Origin: Rhynchobatus australiae
Taxonomy: Eukaryota
DNA length: 64,000 nt
NCBI GenBank assembly: GCA_034780895.1
Contig: JAUZTB010000081.1
Location: 11,053,373 to 11,117,372, forward strand
Reading direction: 5' to 3'
Below, piece by piece: positions 52,781-64,000 of this stretch. Below the pieces are notes generated by a model that saw only the letters and a list, made by a program, of their open reading frames with translations, had not been told where the DNA came from and did not search any database. A program made the translations under genes and the position numbers. Each line of letters starts with the position of its first letter. The first letter of the stretch is position 1.

Positions 52781-53482
52781 GGACGAAAGGGACTGTATGC
52801 AAACAAAGTTACTGTAGCACTTAATTTGAGACGCAGACATATAAATCTGCAAAATGCAATTTCCTTCGGTATCGTCTTCATTTCTAACATTTGCTTGGAT
52901 GTTTAAATTTTTAAAAAATAAGCAACAGCAAGCAGCTTTTCTTCGAAAATGAAATACGTGCATTTGCTTTGTTTTACTGAATTAAAAATAAGAACGGCCG
53001 TAGAAAATGCTGAACATACATGACGTACTCGGACGCTTTTGGGAAGAGAGCACCTCTTCAGGTTGATGATCGTTCATTGGGGCTGGAGAAAAAGTTCAAA
53101 CGAACGTGATGTGATTTTCAGAAAATAGGTTGTGCATGCTGCATGAAAGTCATTACTTTGTCTGATAGATGCCAAGAATGCGGGGAAATATAAGTTATGT
53201 TACTGTCAACTGATAGAGTAGGTGTTGTCTTATAAATCGCGCTTAATCTCTCTGCAGGAGAAAGAAAGTGGGCGGCAAAAACTTAAGTTCTAGTAAATGA
53301 GATGGAATTGCAGTTACAGGGGAAAAAAGGAAAAAAAATCGAAACACTCAATAGTTGACGCAATACAGTGGAGATAGAAAACAGAGCTAATGGCGTAGGC
53401 TGATGACCGATCCTCGGATTCTGTATGTTATGATGCAAGCGGAAAAAAACTCGTTGTTGGAAATTGTCGAATTCATTACCCA

Positions 53483-53505
53483 AGGGTTAGGGTTAGGGTT
53501 AGGTT
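53483..53505 (+). repeat. Short (TTAGGG)n tract
   Basis: agggttagggttagggttaggtt. Confidence 0.75.
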
Positions 53506-55639
53506 ATCCGCCTATCGTCCACATACCGAGAGATCAGAGCAGGACTGTGAGTGGAATTGGAAACAGAATGCTCAATGTTTATCCTGCGGACTTCACAATT
53601 GTGTTCGCCAAAACAGTAAAATAGTTCACTGCAGACAAGACCACATTTTCATAAATAAGTTTAGCATAGTAAATTCGAAGTACATGTTAATACCTGCTAA
53701 ATCTAAGGGGCTTGCTGGGTCTGCTTGGGTAGTGTAAATACCACTAGTAAAAATACAGGTGGAAGGTCTCGCGGCTCCATGGTGAAAGGCCGAAGAAGGT
53801 GAAGGTTTGCTTGGGATTGAAGAGCGAAACAGAGTATCTGAAAGGGGACCAGAGGGACCGAATGATAGAGTCATCACTTACGTAAATAAGAGGCTGATGG
53901 GTGTAAAGGGTGAATCAATTGAATCTCTGTCGTGTTCTGGAATAGAGGAATGTTAGGACAGATGCAGAGACGAAGAAATGGAATCGACATGTTCTGATAT
54001 ATTAAGGTCTGGACAAAGCGAATGTACGGTGAATTAAAAATGAACTATTCTGGAAGGTCTAAGTATATTTCGTCAGCAGAAGTGTGAAAAAGATGATAAA
54101 ACTGGGGAATGCACTTAGAACTAACGGGAAGCTGGGAAATGCCTAGTTAAGGTGACAATTGCAGTTTCTGGAATTATAACCTATTATTTGAGATGCAAAT
54201 AGAGTATTCGAAGAAAAACAAGGAGATTGGATGCATGAAATAAGCTTAGGAAAATTTAAAACCAGATTTGCAGAATTTTGAGACCAAGTGTGAGAACAGA
54301 ATCCAACATGAATACAGTCATCAATGCACCTGTATTGATATCACAGAGTTGACCTTAGTCGGTCACTGAGATGTACAAGACAGATACTCTGCATTATTTC
54401 CACAACGCCCATCCTGGCCTTATTTTCAATTTGCACTCATTCTATTTGGCAGCAGGAGAACTCTGCCTTGCGTCGCCTTCGGAAATGCCTGTCTAAGCTT
54501 ACAGGATAGGTGGTGATTACATTTGATTCTACCATCTCCTCTGCTAGCGAATATTAGATATCGACCACTCCCGGTATCAGCGAAAGAACGGATCTTCGAT
54601 TTATTTTCAAATCTTCCTTCCTCTCGCTAAAAATCTGTGCCCTCTTGTTTTTGATGACATGACATCTCTCATAATTTCCGGAGTATTTTATTCTACACCA
54701 CCATTGTTGGAGGCAAACAGGCCATACGCCTTATTCACCAACATACTTAACACAGTTGCCAACTTCGTGGTCATCCGATGTCTAAAGATTTTCACCCCAA
54801 AAGCCCTGAGAGTAAGTGTAGAAATCACACTATGCCTGTGCTGCAAAATATAGTCGGTGTGCCCTTCAGAAATCAAGTTAAACCTTGCCAATGAATGTAC
54901 GGAAAAGAATCACTTGAGGGAGAGCGCCAACATTTCAAATTACACATCTGTCTTCATAGAAATTAATATAGGGGTGGACGGCATCATTTGTGTGCATATC
55001 CCATGTGTGACATCAGTGATTGTTGTCAAAAATGCAATTTATTCCGAGTATTTTCACCCAAAAATAAGCTTTAGTGTTCTGTCACTAGCCTAATACCACA
55101 ATACCACTTTCATCCAGATTGAAAGTTCAAAGTTCATTACTATAAGTCGGTATGGTTTATTAACTATTACTGACAACCGTAGCCATCTGGAAAACTAACA
55201 ACCAGTTCTGGAACGACTGTGATCTATACGCTTCTTCTGTAAACTCTTCCCTCATAAACTCCAATACCATACTTCTATTTTACACATCAAATCATGTTGT
55301 TTTGTTTTGCTGGACGCGATATTTCTTGAAAATTATCAAACCACATCGTTATCCGAATATTTCATTTGGTTAAAGGGCATTTTGAATTTGGATGTACATT
55401 ATAATATTCAAATGATACGTGCTGAAATGATAGAAGGTGTACATTAGCTCTCACTGAAAATAACCATTAAAACATTAGATAAATGGAAACGATATTTATT
55501 AAATTGAAACTGTTCTGAAAGGAAGATGTAATAAATCTTCTTGCTCCGGTCTGGTGCTTCAGTTGTTGAAGGGAATAAATGCTAAACCATCTGTTTTCAT
55601 CTTATCCCTTTAAAGGTGAATAGTGGAAGACGTTAGACT

Positions 55640-55726
55640 AGCCTAATTGATGTGGACAAGTAACTGAATAATTACAGTCGTCTTGCGTGCTGATTTAACC
55701 CTGGAGATTTCTCTCAGGTATAAGTA
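55640..55726 (+). promoter_or_regulatory. Putative proximal promoter (TAATTG 55644, TAATTA 55669, CCCTGGAG 55699, TATAAGTA 55719)
   Basis: Conserved motif order; TATA 76 nt upstream of the ATG. Confidence 0.55.
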
Positions 55727-55794
55727 ACAGCTCAATTTGAAAACAGATGATGCGTGTAGTTGTTGAACAATCCAGAAACGTGTTCCCTTCCATT

Positions 55795-55864
55795 ATGGGA
55801 CAGCCTGTAATCCAGCAGATTCGAAGTATTTATTATCCTATTCTTGTAGCAATTGGAGTTCCAG
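55795..55864 (+). CDS. GPR139-like GPCR, exon 1 (pairs with exon 2 at 57849)
   Basis: MGQPVIQQIRSIYYPILVAIGVP + G|GTAAGT; not listed in the ORF track. Confidence 0.85.
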
Positions 55865-57848
55865 GTAAGTCACTTTGAGAACGCTGTTTTGATATATTAT
55901 GATATGTTTGTATTCCTGACTTTCAGAAGTTGCAAGCAAAATATCTGAAAATGTATGCTCTCAAAAACTCTTCATGTAAACAGCTCACTGTAATACAAAA
56001 GAAATGACTGCTTGTCGTCAGCAATATACATCAACAGTAGTGGTATGCTGGGATCATTTGTACACGAGGTTGAGTAATCAAACCACCGATGTTTGAATTT
56101 TCTTTGGGATAATTGAGACTTTCGCTTTATTTCACAACCTCCTTCAAAATAGTGTGTTTTAACAATGGCAGATCGCACAATTCTAACCAAGGGTCCAAGT
56201 GAAAATGCAGAGTTTCATGCGTTTTATGTTTTTTTTGCGGCATTTACTGCCTATATTCAGTACACAAGCGAGAAATTAAATTACGGTACCATGCCATCTT
56301 TGTTCCTCAGCGTCAAGGAACATGAATAATTTCCACTTCAGAATTCATTATACAAACAAAACGGCGGAAACACAATCATTTTGATGGATGCTATCCGCTT
56401 TAACTTGGATTTCTGACCTAAAGATGTAGGCTAAGCAGTGGAATTCTTGCGCAAGGTCTGGATATTTCAGTCTCCTTCTGACTGTCACGCTATCAACATG
56501 TCGAACATGCATTGACAGCAGGATGCAATGCATGGTTTATTTTAATGCTTGACACACTCAGTCATACTGCGTGCAGTGAACTGGCAAACTATTCTGTGGC
56601 AACGATTGGAGAGTACATTTTAATGAAACACGATTTATTATTCATTTTGATTCCCAATTTCAATCTATTTTTGGCGGGATTTCTCTAACCGTAAGTAATT
56701 TCAAGATAAACAGGAATCAACGGATACATGAGGAAATAAAACGCAGAGAACAGGACACCTGAGCGTGGAACAGAACAAGACTTCGAAATCTTCATTGAAG
56801 TAACATTACAGGAAGATATGTTACTTTTTTGAAAGGTCTGACAGGTATTTGTAAGTAAGATTCTTTGAAATTTTTGTTTTCTTTTGTTTACGACAGTTTG
56901 CTCGAGACCCTCGTCTTTCAGCACGTGTTATCAAATATCCGCCAAGTTTTCCAGGGGGATGAATACAGTTCTTTATCCCATGATATCATTTTTTTTCCCT
57001 GTGCGTTATCTTCGCCATACGCGATGATAGATGAAGCCAGACTTCCAGGACAGTATGAATTGCAGTCCTTCATCAGGAGAATGAGAACGCGGCCGTGAGT
57101 ACTGAGGATCGTGAATATTTAAGAGTTGTGGTACGCTTCAGGTACGTTTGGTCGATTCACTCACCGAAATTTCGCGCCTTATGACCAAACTTCTGCTGCC
57201 TGGTGATGGCTCTGGAATCTGTTCTGCATGGAACGATCTACTTGCTGTTGATGACCGTGCTGGAAAGTTTCCAATCTCCCATCCTTGCATGTTGAAAGCC
57301 TGACAGTGAGAGGGGCTGGAGGTCTGATGCTAGGATTTAGTTCAGTCCGCTTCTCTGTTCATTGGGAAAAAAAATGCTGAATGGAGAGTTTGGGCAAAAT
57401 TTACATCCGGCTTCCAGAAGACTGCATCTCATAATATACTGCCTGAGACCGCATCACTGTTCTGATAAAATACGGGCTCAGCATATCTACCGATCTTGGA
57501 AAATCAGCATGATTATCCCACCATATCGGAGTTATCTGTGTGGTGCTTCATATACAAGCATTGTCTTATAGAAGTTAAACATGATTTCGCAAATGTCGAG
57601 ATGAAAATAAAATAAGATGATGTCAAATACTCGACTATGTTTTTTTCTAATCAAACATTCGTCATCAAAGGCATTCGTCCAGGGAAAACGATTGGAAAAC
57701 GTCATACATGATTTGGGCATCATTGTCCCTTAATTCTTATGTACATTACAGAGAACTCATTGAAAAAAACAATTTGCAGATCAACAATTTGCAGCAAATA
57801 GACTGTCTATTTTTCGTTTCTAATTCAAATTATTTTCTTCGTTTGCAG

Positions 57849-58741
57849 CTAATTTGGTGGCTATCATCATCTTGTCCTCTGGGAAGTGTGGTCTGTCGAG
57901 ATGCATCGTCCAATGTCTTATTTGGATGGCAGCAGCAGACCTGCTGGTGTTGGTATTCAATATCATGCTGTATGAGTTTAAAGAGGCGTTTTTCCAGTAT
58001 TCATTTCTAAACTACTCCCCTATTTGCAGTGTGCATATTGCAATAATTTATTTTTCGCTTGATTTCTCTGTCTGGCTAACTGTCGCTTTTACATTTGATC
58101 GATGTGTTGCTATTTGTTGCCAGTCTTTTCGGGCAAAATATTGCACGACTAAAACTGCTTCGAAGGTTATAGCACTGGTGTTTTTGTTAAGCACGTTAGA
58201 AAACATTCCAATCTATTTCATCTTTGAACCTCGGGAATTAATTAACAATGTGCCATGGTCCTGTAATATAAAGTCAAGCTTCTATACCACACCCATTTGG
58301 GTCGTGTATTTATGGTTTAAAACTATTTTAACACCATTCGCACCATTTGCTTTGATCCTACTGCTCAATTCCGTGACCATAAAGTATATTATACTGGCCA
58401 GCAGAGTCAGGAACAAGCTCCGAGGNNNNNNNNNNAGACTGATCAAGAAACTGAAAACAGAAGAAAATCAATCATTTTACTGATTGCAATATCTGGTAAT
58501 TTTATTATCTTATGGATGGTAAATCTTATATTCTTCATCTGTATACAGTTTACAAATACTCAATTTTTGGCAACAGATTTTAACAACTCTTTCGTCATTG
58601 CTGAACACAGTGGGTATATGCTTCGATGTTTGAGCACGCACAAAAACCTTCATTTATGCAGTATCTCAGAAAAACTTCAGAGAAGAACTAAAAACAATGA
58701 TCAAACGTTCTCTTTTTCTCATTCCTCGTCAACTCAAATGA
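57849..58741 (+). pseudogene. GPR139-like exon 2, nearly intact, with a 2-nt deletion in TM7 (recent pseudogene, null allele or sequence error)
   Basis: Acceptor intact and frame open through TM5. A 10-N gap sits where the paralog has 20 nt. agcac--gcacaaaaacc vs agcacttgtacaaacacc shifts the frame at 58637; the ancestral frame continues TFIYAVSQKNFREELK to TGA 58741. DRF->DRC. Confidence 0.78.
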
Positions 58742-61700
58742 TGTTTTTTATGCTTAGCACTAAAGGACTACATCCAAACAAAGTAAATGTAAGTGATTCA
58801 TTGGGGAGTCAGAAACATAAATCTGTAAAATATTGCATTTTGGCGTAGTCTTCATTTATATATTTACTTTTATTGTTTTTGTTTCTTTTAAATAATATAC
58901 AACACAATGCGATCGTTTTCGGGATCTATCATTAGTCAATGGAACATGTAATGTCGCTTGATTTGACTGACAGAAAGATGACAGGTTTAACATATTTGTT
59001 GAAACAACCACTCTTTAAGTCCGTTATCGTTCATTGCGGCCCGAAAGAAAGTTCAACCATAATCTTTTTTGCGGTAAGGCTGGAGAGTGAAGTAATTTCA
59101 AGAAGGTACGTTGCGCTCTTAAAGGCAACAGAGAGGGAAATTACATATTATCTTGCTTTCATCTGACAGAGGGATGTATGACTGTTCATCGCACAGATCC
59201 CTCTGGTGAAGGTGGAAGGCGAAGGTGCAGGGAAAAAAACAGTACTCGCAATTCTGATGGAAATGCATTTGAAGAAAACGAAAACAGACACACAATAAAA
59301 ATGAATTGATGAAACACTAATCAGGCTTGGTGGCATAAAATTTGAGCGAAAACAAAGCTAATAGTGCAGGTTCATGATCTGTCAAGAGCAACTGGCTTTG
59401 TCGGTTCTGATATTTAAAAAATCACATCGGAATAATCTTGTTGTCTAAAATTGCCCAATTAAATTTATTTTGGTGTCGGATTGCAGAACCTCCACATTTG
59501 CGCATTCCAGGGTTTGACAACACTCGGTATTAAACAAAATATTTTTTTCTTCAAATCCCCTTTAAGTGTGTTTCATCTCACTATAAACTAATGATCTCTT
59601 GTTTATGATACCCGTACGGTGGTGGTTGGGGTGAAGTTGGCGGGGGGCGGTGTGTCTGACGATCTATCCCATCTGTGGCTCTCATGAATTAAACACGCAC
59701 ACACATATATATATGTGTGTATACGAGTATATATATATCGTCATCTTTGAACCTCCTTTGCTCCAGGGTAAACAGACCAGATATTTCCAATTTGCTTGCA
59801 TAACAGAGGACCTGCAATGCTGGAAATTTCCTGGTAATTCCAATTTTTTAATAATTTGTAACATAACAGCTCATTGTTCCAATAACGAAACATTACGCAA
59901 CACTTTGTGCTACGCCCTATGAAGGGCAAAATGCTCAATACTTACCGATGTTGTCTCTTTTGAGTACACGAGTTTGAAGATCAGGATACGCTCTTCATCA
60001 GTATTGCTGCGTGCCCTCGCATTCATTATCTATGTTCCACAACGATTTGAATTCGTAATATGCGTCACTTCACACTTGTTGGGAGTAAATTCCAACTACC
60101 ACCCCGCCACTCAACTTGTCATCTATTTTACCTCCACTAAATATCCTCACTACCCACAACATCATAAATTATTCCTTCAACTGCAAACTTACTGATTATA
60201 CCCCCTGCATTCACGTCTAAGTATCTACTAAATAAAAAAAAAAGATTCCCTCACTGATGATTGCAGTGCCCCACTGGTAATGGACTTTCGTTTAAAGACA
60301 AACTCAATATTCCTCTTCCACTGATGTTTACTGCCACAATAACTAGTCAATACGTCTTCTGTTCTGCCTTCATCGATCTTCTAAAATGTTCAAGCAAATT
60401 AGTGATTACACTTGTCCAGGTCCGTGCCGACTATGTCTGATCAACTCCGAACATTGCAAATGTAAATAAATCCTGCCCCCTTGAATGTCCTCCAGTATTT
60501 TACAACAAATGGCATAAGGCTCACCGGAATTCAGTTAACACTTTCAACTGTTGTTTTTTTTTAATAAATATAGGAAAAAAACATTATTTGTACTCTAGAT
60601 TTCTTTCACTTCACCTGTTCCTACTGTAAATTGCCATCAGGTCTCAAACTATCTCATTCCTTTCATCCCATCGCGTGCGGGTTTAGTTCTTATTTGCACA
60701 TCATCACACTTATCTGACCTTATGCATCCCTCACATTTAACTGCTCACCAAGCAGCATATACTGGAATTACTGAGGAAGATGAAATAGGATCGAGCAAAA
60801 TGCAGGTGTTTGGATCTCAAGTTATATCGAGTTAAACACCACATGTCGGATCTCACTGTTTATTTCGAACTGTGAAAGCGAGATTCACACAAAATTGGCG
60901 ATGAATGTAAATGGTTTAGACACACAGAGAATTGTGAGGCAGAACAGGTCTGTTCTCTGGGCAATAAAGGAAGCCGGGTCTGCTCTGTTTCGGGAAGATT
61001 GATTTTTTGGCGGGATTCTGATGGATACGCTCACACCGAACAATGGAATGGACATATTTCAAAGAAAGTTTATAATAACATGTGAAATTGAACCCAGAAG
61101 CTGCTGGGATACTCAGGTCGTCAGGGAGCATCGCTGGAAAGTCACAGATAATTGACTGTTCAGTTGAACAATCAATTCTCAGAACAGGGTAACTGTGCGT
61201 TCCGTCATCAAACAGGCGAAGCTGGAAGGAACAAAGGGAATGTCTATGCACATGTGCAGACAGAGTTGACAAACTTCAGATGGAATGTTAGCTGGTGTCA
61301 TACGGCATATGGAGTACCTGGGGATACTTATTATTGAAAGAGATGAATCATATATACAGTCATTACGATTAAAAAGCTGAAGTAATTTACTTAATCCAAG
61401 CAAATCTTTATAGAAATGACAAAGTTTTGGAAAATAATTGGTAAGTGTTTCCAACATGTACGTACATCTGATTGTTAGGCAATTTCTTCTGACTCAACTG
61501 GCTTTGCACTCTAACTCCCGATTCACGGCTTCGACCCTGAATCTTTGTGTCTACAGACTCTGCCTGACGAGCAAATACACAGATGGAAAGACACAGAAAA
61601 AATCAGGAAGAACTCAGCTGTGAGACCTCGGCTATGGAAATGAATAACAGTGAACGTTTTGCGCCGAGACCAACTAAAAGAACTGAAAATCCTGCAGTCT

Positions 61701-63199
61701 ATTTTTGACCCGAATCCGGTATCTGCAGGCTCTTGTGTCATAATATTCGAAAATCTGTTGTGAAAAATTCAACAAGTAAACAAGCAATAAAGCGTTATTT
61801 CCCCAATCTCTCCAAATTCGTGCCGAAGGATTACTGTTGGCAGTTATGCTGCCTGTAAACAAAGAGTAGTCTGTCCTTCTGAAATAAAGCTAAACCCAAG
61901 AAATATATGAACGAAGCCGAATTTCTGGCGGGCGAACCCCGTATTTTTGAGAGCATATACCTCTCTTAATCTAAATGGATACGGGAATGTGGTGGTTAAC
62001 ATACTAGGTATAGCGGATGATTAACATCTGCGATTGTTGTCAAATAAATTATTTTTTCAACACGAAGGTCTACCATAGCCAGTGGCACAGGGAGCTCGGT
62101 GACGTCATAAATATATCCAGGGAAGAGGTCTTACAACAGTATTTTCTCAGCCAAACATGCTCAAGAAGCTAGAGTGTTCAGCCACTAGCCTTCTGCCTCG
62201 AGACACCTTTCATTCAGACTGAACCGTTTCAGTTAATTACCACAATCCATCTCAGTTTCTGAACTTTCATCGAGGATGTTAGCTAGCAAGAAAAGCAGCA
62301 AGTTCTGGAACGGATCTGTTCAACACGCCTCTTCAATAGCTTCTTCTCTTTATTAGTTCCAAAACCATGCTTCTTGTTTTGACGAAGAAACATGGATAAT
62401 ATTCAACAACTCAGAGTGAACATATGTCCAATTTTGTGCCATGTTTCCCACCTCTTCATTCCATTTCCTTTCACGTGCAGATAAGAGCTTCACAGCAAAA
62501 CTGCGTGAGCCCAGACACCCGTCGCAAAAGTAGCCGAAAGTTGGCTATTTAATAATCACAACAATACGTGTCTTTTAAAATTTATACTGGCAATAATGTA
62601 GAATATTTCGCTGGACAGTGGGTCAACCCCTCTCCTAGCAATTGACAGAAAGATCTGCACAGTCTTAAATGACTAAATACACTTCTAAATACGTTACACA
62701 ACCTTTGGCAACAAAAAAAGACTGCTTTTGACTTTTTTATTGTTCTTCATTGTAACTGCGTCTGAACATCTGACTGCATGACGGCCCAAGGAACGGTGTT
62801 GGCATCTAAGATGGAGGAAATTTGATAACGAGCTTGTTTTATGAAAAATAACTCAATTTTCTGTTGTGACTGCTTCGGATCCTTGCAATAATAGGGTGGA
62901 CCATTGCAATAATATGGACGACCCTCTGACCATGCGTGTCCCTCCCGTTAGCACATCATTAGGAAGCAGACGCGGCATGGGGCAGATTAGAATGTTTGGA
63001 TTGCATCCAGGTGTGAGTGAATGTGGCTATTGATTCTTTGAATTAATCGGCTCCTGAACTTGGTCAGTGCCGATTCATACGCAACAAAAAGACAGAAAGC
63101 TGGACGATCTTTAATGTTGAAGTAGCAAACATGTGTACAACGTTTTTATTTGAAGTTTCTCGGGGAGAGACCCTACATCACGACTGAGAGCGACGAGGA

Positions 63200-63720
63200 A
63201 ATTTTGCAAACAAATGTCAGCTTGACGGTTTGGGTGTGAGACATATAACTGAAGGTTACGGGTGGAAGCAGATGATGTAAGTGATGATGGGTAGACACAT
63301 CCTGTTTGGGAAGGCGTGGGATGGAGAGAGCATGTGAAAGATCGAACTTGATTACGAAAGGACGATGGACAGAAGACCAACTGGAGCACAATTAGAGGGA
63401 AGAAGAAGAGGAGGAAAAACGACGTAGACAGACAAGTGTGTGGGAGCATAGCACAGAGAAATTGGAAGAAAATCAATATCAACGTTGGGTTGCACGCTCC
63501 CCGAGCAAAAAGTGAAATGTTGTTCTTTCAATTAGCTTAGAGCCTCTACTTAGCAATGGAGAAGGAGGGTAGATAGGGTGAGGTGGGAGCGGGAAGTAGA
63601 GTTGGAACATATGATTGGAATGCGTGAAATTGCCATTGCAGACAGAGTGCAGTTACGCGAAAACCTGTCACCTGTTTTACCCTTCATTTCACCAAAGTAA
63701 CTGAGGTTATATCACGAGCA
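63200..63720 (-). mobile_element. Penelope-like relic marking the start of a further array unit that continues past the window
   Basis: Collinear with 44480-45020; followed at ~63850 by catgcaattgacgat, the segment that lies about 0.55 kb upstream of exon 1 in other units. Confidence 0.6.
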
Positions 63721-64000
63721 CCACAGACAACATAGAAGATCGGAAGGGCTGCACATGCTTGTCGTAGTATACTGTATCTGCTGTGCACATTAAGCATAAT
63801 TCAGTTGAATGCATGTTCATAGAACAAAACAGATTTACTCTTTAATTAGCATGCAATTGACGATGCACATTCTAACTCCCTGAAACTAACAGAGCAAGCT
63901 TTCGATCAATAAAAAAAAAGTATTTATTACATCGAAACTCTTCTTAAATACATGGAAAATAAATCTGATTGTTCCCTCTAGTGTTTCATTTGATGAAAAA

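Overview
Eukaryotic, gapped draft genomic DNA, very likely a cartilaginous fish (shark/ray-type CR1/HER1-like LINEs, V-SINE/HE1-like SINE, Penelope relics). The window is a head-to-tail (+ strand) tandem array of two-exon rhodopsin-class GPCR genes of the GPR139/GPR142-like family. I read seven copies of a 70-nt exon 1: five intact (2515, 9677, 15378, 45694, 55795) and two decayed (34716, 36012). I read seven copies of a ~0.9-kb exon 2: one complete and intact (19355), two open but cut by gaps (10948, 49532), one with a single late frameshift (57849) and three clear pseudogenes (24794, 38751, 51660). The ORF track misses this split structure. Intact exon-1 copies share a compact promoter: TAAT motifs, an O/E(EBF)-like CCCTGGAG/CCCAGAGG site, and a TATA box ~78 nt before the ATG. 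That layout resembles olfactory-receptor promoters, which suggests (inference) an undescribed chemosensory receptor repertoire. The window also holds a nested LTR/SINE/ERV stack with a tRNA-Ser-like PBS and an ERV-L-like gag relic, a young solo LTR with a 4-bp TSD inside one pseudogene, and several gap-flanking duplications that limit gene counts. All family assignments come from motif recognition by eye; no searches were run, and repeat boundaries are approximate.
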